DNA of 64,000 bases from Gammaproteobacteria bacterium (GTDB lineage Bacteria > Pseudomonadota > Gammaproteobacteria > Steroidobacterales > UBA11654): positions 32,747 through 96,746 of the forward strand of contig PBDY01000027.1 in the NCBI GenBank assembly GCA_002717445.1. Reading direction: 5' to 3'. Shown here in pieces: positions 47,947 through 57,714 of this stretch. The position numbers were made by a program, and so were the translations under genes. Under the pieces are notes generated by a model, which did not search any database, was not told the DNA's origin, and saw nothing but the letters and a program-made list of their open reading frames with translations. Position 1 is the first letter of the stretch. Every line of letters starts with the position of its first letter.

Positions 47947-49242
47947 ATGCACCAATTTAAATCATATTTAACAGATTCAACACCCTTTAAACTGACTCCG
48001 GAACTGCGTAAAGAACTGGAAGATATTGCTTCGTCCCTACCAGATGACAAGTTTAAGAAGGAGTATGGCGATGAGTGGAAGTCCGTGAAAATGGGTACTG
48101 CTATGAACATGCTTAAGAAAAAACACGGTTATAGTGAGTCGGTAGAATACCTAGAAGAAAAACTACTAATGATTAACAATGGTGCTCAATATGGGCAAAT
48201 AGTATTCCTTGCTGGTGGTGCAGGTTCAGGTAAAGGTTTTGCAATTGATAACTTTATGGAAGGACAGAAATTCAAAGTTATTGATGTGGACGAATGGAAA
48301 AAGAAGTTTTTAAAGTTAGCAAACGTTACTAATAAATACAAAGAGTTAAAAGGACTCAAGTTATCGAAACCAGCAGACGTTGAGAAGTTACACGACTTCG
48401 TTAAGAAGATGAAGATTAAGGATAAAGTCCTTAATAATATGATACTTCAAATGAAGAATAAAGAAACTTTACCCAATATAATGTTTGATATGACATTTAA
48501 TGATATAAAGAAAGCGAAAAAATTAATGCCAGACTTACTGAAAGCAGGGTATAATCCTGCTAATATACATTTAGTTTGGATATTGCAAGAGTACAGAATA
48601 GCATTAAAACAGAATAAAGACCCAGAGAGGGATAGGGTAGTGCCAAAGAATATTATGTTTCATACACACGAAGGAGCAGGTAAAACTATATATGAACTGC
48701 TCGCAAAGAAATCTAAACCAATTGCATTGAATGGTTCGATATCTGTGATACTGAATAACCCAAAGAATACGATATACTTTGAACCAACTGGTAATGAATC
48801 GAACCCTAAGAAGAAAGTGATAAAAGACTTTAAATATTTAACTTTGAAAAAACGTGGTCAACGAATGTTCAGAGACCAAATCGTAATGAAAGAGTTATTC
48901 TTTTGGATTAAGGCAAGTATTCCAAAAGGTGAGTTCTCAAAGTTTATGCAAGCCAAAGTGGATAATCCGGAACTAGATGAAAGCTTTAAACAATTTCATA
49001 AGGAGGAACAAGCTTTGAGATTTATAGACTTATTACCGAAAAAGGTTAAACACGCAATAAGAAGAATTGCACATAAAGACAAGTATAAGGCCGCTTTACA
49101 TATGTATCATGGATTGAAGAAAGACCCAGATGCGAAAAAAAGATTGACTGATAAGAAGATGAAAGAGATAGCGGCTGACCATTTCAAATTAAAACATAAA
49201 GAATTTGAGGCGATATTAAACAGAAAAACGAGGTATCAATAA
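47947..49242 (+). CDS. P-loop kinase (zeta-toxin/AAA_33-like) with extra N- and C-terminal modules
   Basis: IVFLAGGAGSGKG, VIDVDE, MFDMT, RDRVVP. Confidence 0.7.
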   Translation: MHQFKSYLTDSTPFKLTPELRKELEDIASSLPDDKFKKEYGDEWKSVKMGTAMNMLKKKHGYSESVEYLEEKLLMINNGAQYGQIVFLAGGAGSGKGFAIDNFMEGQKFKVIDVDEWKKKFLKLANVTNKYKELKGLKLSKPADVEKLHDFVKKMKIKDKVLNNMILQMKNKETLPNIMFDMTFNDIKKAKKLMPDLLKAGYNPANIHLVWILQEYRIALKQNKDPERDRVVPKNIMFHTHEGAGKTIYELLAKKSKPIALNGSISVILNNPKNTIYFEPTGNESNPKKKVIKDFKYLTLKKRGQRMFRDQIVMKELFFWIKASIPKGEFSKFMQAKVDNPELDESFKQFHKEEQALRFIDLLPKKVKHAIRRIAHKDKYKAALHMYHGLKKDPDAKKRLTDKKMKEIAADHFKLKHKEFEAILNRKTRYQ

Positions 49243-49583
49243 TGTCTGAACCACAATTAGATTTAAGAGAGACAGCAGGTGTAAGATTAGATGTAAAGAC
49301 CTTAGTGGGTATTATCGCAATGATATTATCTATCGCTGGTGTTTACTTTTCTCTACAAGGACAGATAGCACAATTACAATTAGACGTTATCCGTTTGCAA
49401 GACCAACAAGCAATGAATACAGAGTTTAGAATCAAATGGCCCAGAGGTGAACTTGGTGCTTTACCAGATGATGCTGTACAAGATATAAATATTGAATATC
49501 TAAAGGAATCAGTAGATGATTTAATTGACGAACTGGACGAAGTTTCTAAGGAGATTGAAGACCATATAAGGGAGAGAGAATGA
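49242..49583 (+). CDS. Single-TM coiled-coil protein
   Basis: TM LVGIIAMILSIAGVYF followed by heptad repeats. Confidence 0.6.
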   Translation: MSEPQLDLRETAGVRLDVKTLVGIIAMILSIAGVYFSLQGQIAQLQLDVIRLQDQQAMNTEFRIKWPRGELGALPDDAVQDINIEYLKESVDDLIDELDEVSKEIEDHIRERE

Positions 49584-50668
49584 AAAAATTTAGAAGTTTC
49601 TTAACAGAGAAAAGAGCGGATACCACACAGAACGCTTCTGTTACGGAATTGTTTCCAGCACTTGCATTTAATCATAAGTTCCACCCAACTAGTGTAGAGG
49701 ACTTTAAGAAGTTCTTATATAAAACTAATCTCAAAGGTGTGAATGCTAAAAAATCATTCCAAGTAAAGGACGCTAGTTCAGCTGCTCTGGTTATAGAGAG
49801 GTTGCCTCTTATGAAGGAAACATTCTCTAAGACCAAAATAGAAAATGCAATAGGTATCACAAACTACTTGTATGACTTACACGACGAAAAACCTATATCT
49901 AAGGTTGTGTGGGGTTATCGTGCAAAACCAAAAGGTATTCCAAAGAGTCACGCTGGTGATATATTTGTACTGTTCACAGATAAGTCTTGGTTGGGAATCT
50001 CTTTGAAAGCAGGTGCAAAGAAATCCAGAGAACCACTTTACAATACGTATGTAGGAACACAATACGATAAGAGAGGTTGGAGTAAAGATAAGTTAGCGAA
50101 AGCACTTTGGACACAAGTATACAAGAAGATTCCGGGAGTTACTACTGTCGGTGAAGATGGTATCAAACCTACTGCGAAAGAGTTCTATAAAAATACGAAA
50201 CAAAGAAAGAAAATTGTCGGACACTATGTCGATATGTTCGAAGCTGACCAATCAGCTGCTGATGAACTATATCACAAACAAGTTAAGGTATGTATCACTC
50301 AATTGTGTAAAGAAGTCAACAAAATGTCTAATGCAGATTTTATAGATTGGTTAGGTTCGGATTTCAATCTAGAGAAGAAAGGTGAGAAAGTACCTTTGAT
50401 TCTAGTGAAGGCTGTCGGTAAGACTGCAGACAGAAAAGGTGATGACCTTGCACCAGTATACAAAACAATTACAGGTCATATCGCATATAGAAATAAGAAG
50501 TCAGTCCAAGAATGGTTGATTGATGTTTTCTTACCAGAAGGTAAACTCACCCTTACAATGGTTTGTCGTAGTGATTCCGGAGTTCGTAGAGAGAAGGGAA
50601 CTAGTGGTCAGGGTAGATTAGGACAGTTCTTACAATTAAAAGTATTATATACAGGAGTAAAAAAATAA
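49580..50668 (+). CDS. Hypothetical protein, possible PD-(D/E)XK-like nuclease fold
   Basis: TE...AGDIFV...GISLK pattern; N-terminus MKKFRSFLTE. Confidence 0.5.
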   Translation: MKKFRSFLTEKRADTTQNASVTELFPALAFNHKFHPTSVEDFKKFLYKTNLKGVNAKKSFQVKDASSAALVIERLPLMKETFSKTKIENAIGITNYLYDLHDEKPISKVVWGYRAKPKGIPKSHAGDIFVLFTDKSWLGISLKAGAKKSREPLYNTYVGTQYDKRGWSKDKLAKALWTQVYKKIPGVTTVGEDGIKPTAKEFYKNTKQRKKIVGHYVDMFEADQSAADELYHKQVKVCITQLCKEVNKMSNADFIDWLGSDFNLEKKGEKVPLILVKAVGKTADRKGDDLAPVYKTITGHIAYRNKKSVQEWLIDVFLPEGKLTLTMVCRSDSGVRREKGTSGQGRLGQFLQLKVLYTGVKK

Positions 50669-50759
50669 TGTTTACAACAATAGCATTTATAGTAGGATTC
50701 GTTTTGGGTTGGTTTATTAACGATAAAATTGATGCAGTAAAGGATTCGAAGTTGAACCC

Positions 50760-51983
50760 ATGGCGTTAGATTTTAAAAACTACATATTCGAAGCAAAGAA
50801 CACCCATATGACTCATGTCGAGGATATGGTTATAGACGGTGGTGTTGCTGGTACTCGTGCGGCCATTAATGCGTTGCGTGATTTACGCAATATGCTAGCG
50901 GGGAGTACAAATGACACAAAACAAGTTACGGTCAAATGGGACGGAGCGCCGGCAGTATTCGCTGGTATCGACCCCAATGATGACGAGTTCTTTGTCGCTA
51001 AGAAAGGTATTTTCAATAAGAACCCTAAAGTATATAAGTCTCATAGTGAGATTGACGCTGACACCTCTGGAGATTTATCTGATAAACTCAAGGTTGCGTA
51101 TACTGAATTAAAAAAGGTTGTTAAGAGTGGAGTATACCAAGGTGACATTATGTTCATCAAGAAAGACCTCAAAACAGAAAAGATTGACGGACTGAAATAT
51201 ATTACATTTCACCCGAACACCATAGTCTATGCAGTACCAACAGACCAAGCAAAAGATATAAAGAAATCAAAAATTGGTGTGGTATGGCATACAAAATACA
51301 CGGGAAGTACATTTGATACAATGTCTGCTTCCTTTAGTGTAAAGGATTCCGACTTCAAAGCAACCAAATCGGTGTGGCAGAAGACGGCAAATTTACCAGA
51401 CATATCAGGTCTGGCAACATTAAACAAAAAGGAAACAGATGAAATTACTAAACACATTTCAATGGCGGGAAAACTCTTTCAAAAAATCAAAGCTTCTACG
51501 CTTAAAGACGTATCTACAAATACAGATATTAACCTATTTATCAATACCTTTCGCAATGCGAAGGTTAGAGAGCAAAGTGAAATCACAAACACGACGAAAC
51601 ATACCCAAGACCTAATCAATTGGATACATAAGAGATATGATAAAGAAATCAAGAAACTTAAGTCGGATAAGGGTAAGGCCAGGAAGAACGCCGCCAAGAT
51701 AGCCGCACTTGATTGGTTCAATGCATCTAATAAAAAGAACCTAAAACTGATGTTTGATATGCAAAATGAACTAGTATCTGCAAAATCTAAACTGTTAACG
51801 CACTTGGATACCATGGATAGTATAAATACATTTGTAAAGACTAAAAACGGTTTTAAGGTTACTGGTGCAGAAGGATATGTTGCAATCGACCATTTAACTA
51901 ATGGTGCAGTAAAGATTGTAGATAGAATGGAATTTAGTCATAACAACTTTAGCAAAAACATAATCAAAGGGTGGGACAAATAA
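50760..51983 (+). CDS. DUF6267-like protein with ligase-type KxDG motif
   Basis: KNTHMTHVED, TVKWDGAPA, YQGDIMF, EGYV...KIVDR. Confidence 0.6.
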   Translation: MALDFKNYIFEAKNTHMTHVEDMVIDGGVAGTRAAINALRDLRNMLAGSTNDTKQVTVKWDGAPAVFAGIDPNDDEFFVAKKGIFNKNPKVYKSHSEIDADTSGDLSDKLKVAYTELKKVVKSGVYQGDIMFIKKDLKTEKIDGLKYITFHPNTIVYAVPTDQAKDIKKSKIGVVWHTKYTGSTFDTMSASFSVKDSDFKATKSVWQKTANLPDISGLATLNKKETDEITKHISMAGKLFQKIKASTLKDVSTNTDINLFINTFRNAKVREQSEITNTTKHTQDLINWIHKRYDKEIKKLKSDKGKARKNAAKIAALDWFNASNKKNLKLMFDMQNELVSAKSKLLTHLDTMDSINTFVKTKNGFKVTGAEGYVAIDHLTNGAVKIVDRMEFSHNNFSKNIIKGWDK

Positions 51984-52756
51984 TGCCAGGTAAATTAAAA
52001 TACGATACTTATCATAAAGAATTCACAGGTGCAATACAACACGCATATGCAGTTGTAAAGAAACAGGGGTATAAGATTGATAAAGATTCTCAATGGAATG
52101 ACGTTACTACTGGCCCTAAGAAACCCGGAAAAGGTAAGACAAATGAATATCACTTGAAGTTGAAAGGGTCGAAAAAAGCACTTCATATTCAAGTATATAA
52201 TACTGGCCCAAAATACGAACTAAACATGTACATAGAGGAGACTGACATGACAGAGATAGACGAAATGCTTACATTGTTGGAAACTATCGACGAGGAGTAT
52301 TGTGGTTGTAAAGACCATAAGAATCACGAAGATTGCAACGAAGATAACTGTGAGTGTATGCAACCAGAGTTCACCGAAACTGAACTCGACGAGATTAAGA
52401 ACGCTGATACTATAGATGAGGTATCAATGCAGACTCGTAAGAAAATGAAGATGGCAATGAAACGTAATGCGAAGAAGATTCAAAAGAAACGTAAACGTGC
52501 CATGAAACGAGTAGGAATGACCAAAGACCAAGCGAAGAAAGCTGCAATGGCAGCCGCAAGAAAAGTAATCGCATCTAAATTGGTTAAAGGTAAAACCAAA
52601 GCACAAATGAGTAATGCTGAAAAGGGCAATCTTGAAAAGAGAATGTCAAACCCTAAACTGAAGAAGAAGATGGCAATGTTGTCAAAGAAACTTCTCAAGA
52701 AGGTTAAAGCGGCCCACAAGGCAAAAGCAATGGCAATGAAGCAGAAAAAGAAATAA
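51983..52756 (+). CDS. Hypothetical protein with Cys/His cluster and very basic K/A/M-rich tail
   Basis: CGCKDH..H..C....CEC, then a long Lys-rich helical C-terminus. Confidence 0.6.
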   Translation: MPGKLKYDTYHKEFTGAIQHAYAVVKKQGYKIDKDSQWNDVTTGPKKPGKGKTNEYHLKLKGSKKALHIQVYNTGPKYELNMYIEETDMTEIDEMLTLLETIDEEYCGCKDHKNHEDCNEDNCECMQPEFTETELDEIKNADTIDEVSMQTRKKMKMAMKRNAKKIQKKRKRAMKRVGMTKDQAKKAAMAAARKVIASKLVKGKTKAQMSNAEKGNLEKRMSNPKLKKKMAMLSKKLLKKVKAAHKAKAMAMKQKKK

Positions 52757-53580
52757 TGATTAATACATTTAAACAACATTATTTAGAAGCAGTTTCTACT
52801 GAGGAGATTGTCGTATCGTTTGGTAGATTCAATCCACCAACAAACGGTCACGAAAAACTTCTTGCGAAGGTTTCTAAGATTTCCGGGGGAATGCCTTATA
52901 GGATTTACGCATCACAAACTAATGACGCCAAAAAGAATCCTCTATCTTACAAGGCCAAGATTAAGTTTATGCGTAAGATGTTCCCTAAACATGCAAGGTC
53001 TATAATTGCAGACAAGAAAATCAAAACATTGTTTAATGTATTATCTAAGGTTCAAGACGACGGATTCAAGAAATGTTCTGTCGTAGTTGGTTCAGATAGA
53101 GTCCAAGAGTTTGATAAAATACTTAACAAGTACAATGGTGTTAAGGGTAAACACGGATTCTATGACTTTGAAGGTGGTGTAAAAATAGTAAGTGCAGGCG
53201 AGAGAGACCCCGATTCAGATGATGTATCTGGAATGTCTGCAAGTAAACTAAGGTTGGCTGCAAAGGAAAACGACCTCATTACATTCACTAAAGGTATGCC
53301 GAAGGGTTTCAAAGATGCAAAGGGTTTAATGAACGCTGTTCGTGACGGTATGGGTTTGAAAGAATCCGACGAATACAAACAGAATTGTAAGTTAAAAAGA
53401 AAGTCCTATATAAGAGAGAAGTATGTAAATGGTAAACTATTTAATATTGGTGATAAAGTTATTATTACTAAGACTAGGGAAGATGCTATTGTACAAGGAC
53501 TAAATGCTAATCATATAAGTGTATTAGTAAATGATGAAATGAAAAACGTCTGGATATCAGACATTGTTAGGAGTAAATAA
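52756..53580 (+). CDS. HxGH-type (cytidylyltransferase-like) nucleotidyltransferase
   Basis: FGRFNPPTNGH, KNPL, VVGSDR, SAGERDPD, MSASK. Confidence 0.85.
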   Translation: MINTFKQHYLEAVSTEEIVVSFGRFNPPTNGHEKLLAKVSKISGGMPYRIYASQTNDAKKNPLSYKAKIKFMRKMFPKHARSIIADKKIKTLFNVLSKVQDDGFKKCSVVVGSDRVQEFDKILNKYNGVKGKHGFYDFEGGVKIVSAGERDPDSDDVSGMSASKLRLAAKENDLITFTKGMPKGFKDAKGLMNAVRDGMGLKESDEYKQNCKLKRKSYIREKYVNGKLFNIGDKVIITKTREDAIVQGLNANHISVLVNDEMKNVWISDIVRSK

Positions 53581-53852
53581 TGAAATATAAAAAGAAAGGT
53601 GCTTATAGTAAAGCAATTGCAAAACCAAATGGTCTATTCGCAGCCAATGGTGTTCTATTAGTAAGAGGTCAATTCTCACAGACAGACATTGATGAATTTA
53701 ATGGAAATAAGAAGGATGAGAAATTCTCATTTTCCAATAGGTCATCAAAAGATGATTTGGAAGAATATGGTCGTACTGTTGGTATAGAATTAGACAAGCG
53801 TAAGTCTAAAAAGAGCTTACTAAAACAATTGAGGGATTGGACTAAAAAATAA
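53580..53852 (+). CDS. Small basic protein with HeH/Rho-N-like C-terminus
   Basis: SKDDLEEYGRTVGIELDKRKSKKSLL. Confidence 0.55.
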   Translation: MKYKKKGAYSKAIAKPNGLFAANGVLLVRGQFSQTDIDEFNGNKKDEKFSFSNRSSKDDLEEYGRTVGIELDKRKSKKSLLKQLRDWTKK

Positions 53853-53856
53853 AATT

Positions 53857-54216
53857 ATGTTAAAATTGAGTAAGGATAATTTTGAGTTGTACGCATCTCA
53901 GCATTATTCGGCAGGTAAATGGTCTACGACAGAGGATTTTAAAAATGACTTTGCTAGATTTAATTATGTAAACCGACTGATTAATAGATACTATCGTGAT
54001 GATGAATTGAAAGAAAGATTGATTCTAAATCACTTGGTTATATTGGGCAATATGTTTGGCCCGAAAGAAACTGCCAAGATGGCTATGTTCAATATCAAAG
54101 CAGAACAGAAACCAGTACTCAAGACATTTTTAATATACTTAAACTATCTTCCAGAAGATATGCATTTGAGTATACCACTTGATTCTGAAATAGTAGACAA
54201 ATTAAGGAAGTTATAA
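53857..54216 (+). CDS. Conserved T4-like hypothetical protein
   Basis: ERLILNHLVILGNMFG, LKTFLIYLNYLP. Confidence 0.7.
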   Translation: MLKLSKDNFELYASQHYSAGKWSTTEDFKNDFARFNYVNRLINRYYRDDELKERLILNHLVILGNMFGPKETAKMAMFNIKAEQKPVLKTFLIYLNYLPEDMHLSIPLDSEIVDKLRKL

Positions 54217-54750
54217 ATGGGTATAAGCAGAGTTGCTGACGTATATTATACATATCGTTTCATAAAGACATTAGTTACTAAATGGGAAGATATGGATGCA
54301 TATAAGTTAGGTATAATAGATGAAAAGGGTAAGAACCTCATTAAGTACAGAAAGTTAAAGACTAATGAGCAGAAAGATGCCTTCACTACATTCCATCGTT
54401 TGGTATTCAATATCAAGCGTCTTATGGAAATTATGCCATTTGGACGGTCTAAGTTAGCCAGTTATGCGGCTGCATTATTCCTATTGAGGGAAGAAACTGG
54501 TATGTCCGAAGAAGGAATTATGAACGCTTTAGATGAGTTGGGATATGAACATCACTTGGAAGATGAATTGGACTTAACGGAAGATACATTAGTTGCTGGT
54601 GAATACATATTAAACCATACTCTATCTGAAGAATTCTCTAGAGGAAAGGTAGTCACCTTAGTAGACCTCGAACCGATAGGAAAGTTCTCACAAACTTTCA
54701 TATATAAAACTGCCGAGGGTTGTCATGTTACTTATGAGAACTTACGGTAA
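54217..54750 (+). CDS. Conserved T4-like hypothetical protein
   Basis: YRFIKTL..W...AYKLGIIDEKG, FHRLVFNIKR, SYAAALFLLRE. Confidence 0.7.
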   Translation: MGISRVADVYYTYRFIKTLVTKWEDMDAYKLGIIDEKGKNLIKYRKLKTNEQKDAFTTFHRLVFNIKRLMEIMPFGRSKLASYAAALFLLREETGMSEEGIMNALDELGYEHHLEDELDLTEDTLVAGEYILNHTLSEEFSRGKVVTLVDLEPIGKFSQTFIYKTAEGCHVTYENLR

Positions 54751-54856
54751 TGCAAGTCTTATCATCAATAACAGGCAATGATTTGTTTGAATTTGTGTTT
54801 GGCATGTTGTTTTTCTTTAGTGTAATGTTAGCAATGGCGATATACGACGAATAAAC

Positions 54857-54885
54857 TTGCCAAATTAAAGTATTTAAGGTATAAT
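54857..54885 (+). promoter_or_regulatory. Sigma70-type promoter for nrdA, leaderless geometry
   Basis: TTGCCA-17-TATAAT, ATG 7 nt downstream. Confidence 0.75.
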
Positions 54886-54892
54886 ATTAGTT

Positions 54893-57184
54893 ATGAATAT
54901 ATCAATTACCAAGCGTGATGGCACGAAAGAAAGGTTTTCGTTATCTAAAATACACCGTATATTAGAGTGGGCGTGTACCGATATCACTGGTGTGTCCGAA
55001 TCACAAATAGAATTAAAAGCGAATGTACAACTGTATGAGGAAATAAGTACAGGTGATATTCACGACCTGTTAATCAAAAGTTCAGCAGAACTTATTACGG
55101 AAGATACCCCCAACTATCAATTTGTAGCAGCAAGACTTATTAACTATAAGTTGCGTAAGTATGTGTACGGTCAGTTCGAACCTCTACATATTAAAGATAT
55201 TATCAATAATAATATATGGGAAGGTGTATATGACCACCAGATAGTTAACTGTTATACAGATGATGAACTAGACTACATCAACGATAACATCATTAATCAC
55301 GAGAGAGATGCTACTTTCACATACGCTGGTATGGAACAAATGAGGAGTAAGTATCTTGTACAGAATCGTTCTGATGGTACTGTATATGAAACACCCCAAG
55401 TATTGTATATAATGATTGCAATGACTCTATTTGCAAGTTATACGAAACAACGTATGTATTATATCAAGAACTTCTATAATGCAATATCACAATTCTATAT
55501 CTCATTACCAACCCCAATTATGGCAGGGGTACGTACACCAACAAGACAATTCTCAAGTTGTGTTGTATTAGAGAGTAATGATTCACTTGATTCAATCAAT
55601 GCAACATCTACATCTATCGTTAAGTACATATCCAAGAAAGCAGGATTAGGTATTAATGCTGGTAAGATACGTGCAGTAGGTTCTCAGATTGGTGATGGTT
55701 CGATACAACATACTGGTCTAATACCATTCCTTAAGTTATTCCAAGCATCAGTTAAATCGTGTTCCCAAGGTGGAGTACGTGGTGGTGCGGCTACTGTCCA
55801 TTTCCCTTTATGGCATTATGAATTCGAGGACTTAGTAGTTCTTAAAAACAATAAGGGAACGGAAGAAACCCGTGTAAGGAATATGGACTATTGTTTCCAA
55901 TTCAATAAACTAATGTATGAGAGATTATTAGAGGGCGGAGATATAACATTCTTCTCACCCCATGATGTTCCCGGATTATATGAGGCATTTAGTACAGACC
56001 AAGATGAGTTCAAGCGACTATACGAGAAGTATGAAAAATCGAGAAAGATTAGGAAGAAAACGTTACCAGCATTAGAGGTGTTCTCAAAGTTCATAACTGA
56101 ACGAAAAGAAACTGGTAGAGTATATTTACAGAACATAGATAACGCAAACATACACGGTTCATTTATAGAAAAGGAAGCACCAATACACCAAAGTAATTTA
56201 TGTCAAGAGATTGATTTACCTAGTCACGGATTAGAATCATATCACGACGAAGAAGGGGAAATATCTTTATGTACTCTATCTGCAATCAACTGGGGATTGA
56301 TAAACGACCCAAGTGAGTTTGAGAAGTATTGTGATTTGGCAGTTCGTGCCTTAGACTCCCTATTAGATTACCAAGAGTATCCAGTAAAAGCCGCAGAGAT
56401 TTCTACGAAAAGTCGTAGACCTCTTGGAGTTGGAATCATCAATTTTGCATACTTCCTTGCGAAACGAGGACTTAAATATGACGAGAAGGCACTCGCAACT
56501 GTTGATGAATATTCAGAAGCGTGGTCTTATTATCTGATTCGTGCAAGTGCTAACTTGGCAAAAGAATACGGTGCGTGTCCTAAGAATGAACAAACAAAGT
56601 ATGGTCACGGAATACTTCCTATTGACACATACAAGAAAGAAGTTGATGAGTTAGTTAAATTCAAATCAAGAATGAAATGGCAATCATTAAGGAATGATTT
56701 AAAGAAATATGGTATTAGGAACTCAACTCTTATGGCGATAATGCCAGCAGAAACTTCTGCACAAATATCGAATTCAACAAATGGAGTAGAACCCCCACGG
56801 GCTTTAGTATCGTACAAACAATCTAAAGATGGTGTGATGGCACAGGTAGTTCCCGGAATATATCACTTAAAAGGATACTATGATTTGTTATGGGAACAAA
56901 AATCTCCAGAAGGATATCTCAAATTAATGGCAATACTTCAGAAGTATGTTGACCAAGGTATCTCAGTAAACACAAGTTATAACCCTATACATTACGAAGA
57001 TAATAAGATACCAATGTCTGTTATGTTGACCGACTTAATTACCTTTTATAAGTATGGTGGAAAACAACTGTACTACTTCAATACAAATGATATGGCAGGT
57101 GATGATGATACACCTGAATTGGTCAGAGAAGATTTCAATACTAAAGAAGAATATGAGGAGTACTGTGAATCGTGTTCTTTATAA
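54893..57184 (+). CDS. nrdA: Class Ia ribonucleotide reductase alpha subunit
   Basis: ATP cone ITKRDG, FSSCV, SQGGVRGG, SNLCQEI, MPAETS, C-terminal CESC. Confidence 0.97.
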   Translation: MNISITKRDGTKERFSLSKIHRILEWACTDITGVSESQIELKANVQLYEEISTGDIHDLLIKSSAELITEDTPNYQFVAARLINYKLRKYVYGQFEPLHIKDIINNNIWEGVYDHQIVNCYTDDELDYINDNIINHERDATFTYAGMEQMRSKYLVQNRSDGTVYETPQVLYIMIAMTLFASYTKQRMYYIKNFYNAISQFYISLPTPIMAGVRTPTRQFSSCVVLESNDSLDSINATSTSIVKYISKKAGLGINAGKIRAVGSQIGDGSIQHTGLIPFLKLFQASVKSCSQGGVRGGAATVHFPLWHYEFEDLVVLKNNKGTEETRVRNMDYCFQFNKLMYERLLEGGDITFFSPHDVPGLYEAFSTDQDEFKRLYEKYEKSRKIRKKTLPALEVFSKFITERKETGRVYLQNIDNANIHGSFIEKEAPIHQSNLCQEIDLPSHGLESYHDEEGEISLCTLSAINWGLINDPSEFEKYCDLAVRALDSLLDYQEYPVKAAEISTKSRRPLGVGIINFAYFLAKRGLKYDEKALATVDEYSEAWSYYLIRASANLAKEYGACPKNEQTKYGHGILPIDTYKKEVDELVKFKSRMKWQSLRNDLKKYGIRNSTLMAIMPAETSAQISNSTNGVEPPRALVSYKQSKDGVMAQVVPGIYHLKGYYDLLWEQKSPEGYLKLMAILQKYVDQGISVNTSYNPIHYEDNKIPMSVMLTDLITFYKYGGKQLYYFNTNDMAGDDDTPELVREDFNTKEEYEEYCESCSL

Positions 57185-57187
57185 ATA
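57180..57187 (+). promoter_or_regulatory. Late promoter TATAAATA
   Basis: Exact motif 6 nt before ATG 57194. Confidence 0.65.
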
Positions 57188-57193
57188 ATAGTA

Positions 57194-57424
57194 ATGAGAA
57201 GTGGCCCTTTCAAAAAACAAATCAATGAGGATACGACGGGAGTCGTAATGAGAATACTCACAACTTATAAATTAGTCAGAGGTGTAATGGTAAGAGAGGT
57301 TGCAACAAGAAGATATACTTCACTAGGTAGTTATCACGACACGACAGAAGTGACGCCTCTCGGTGCAATGTTTCCCTCAGATGTGGAATATATGCAAGAT
57401 AAAAAACTTGACAAAGCAGACTGA
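57194..57424 (+). CDS. Hypothetical protein
   Basis: ORF directly after a late promoter. Confidence 0.55.
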   Translation: MRSGPFKKQINEDTTGVVMRILTTYKLVRGVMVREVATRRYTSLGSYHDTTEVTPLGAMFPSDVEYMQDKKLDKAD

Positions 57425-57436
57425 AGCAGGTATAAT
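57408..57436 (+). promoter_or_regulatory. Sigma70-type promoter
   Basis: TTGACA-17-TATAAT, perfect consensus. Confidence 0.8.
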
Positions 57437-57465
57437 ATAGGTCAAGTTAACAACAAAAGTATATT

Positions 57466-57582
57466 ATGGAATATGTGGTCTTAACCCTATGGGGAATCGG
57501 TTTATTATCAAACTTCTTTTTCATCTTCTTTATACCCGCTGATGACAGAATAAAAAAACAAATTGGTCTAAAATTAGACTAA
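57466..57582 (+). CDS. 38-aa membrane microprotein
   Basis: MEYVVLTLWGIGLLSNFFFIFFIPADDRIKKQIGLKLD directly behind a consensus promoter. Confidence 0.4.
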   Translation: MEYVVLTLWGIGLLSNFFFIFFIPADDRIKKQIGLKLD

Positions 57583-57714
57583 AAAACAGAAGATTCTTCT
57601 ACTGATACAGGCAATGAATCTTATAAGTAAAACTACGAGTATGCACATTCTACTCGCAGATGTACTTCCGAAATGAAGTAAAACTATTTTTTAAAATAAC
57701 ATAGGAGTAAAAGT

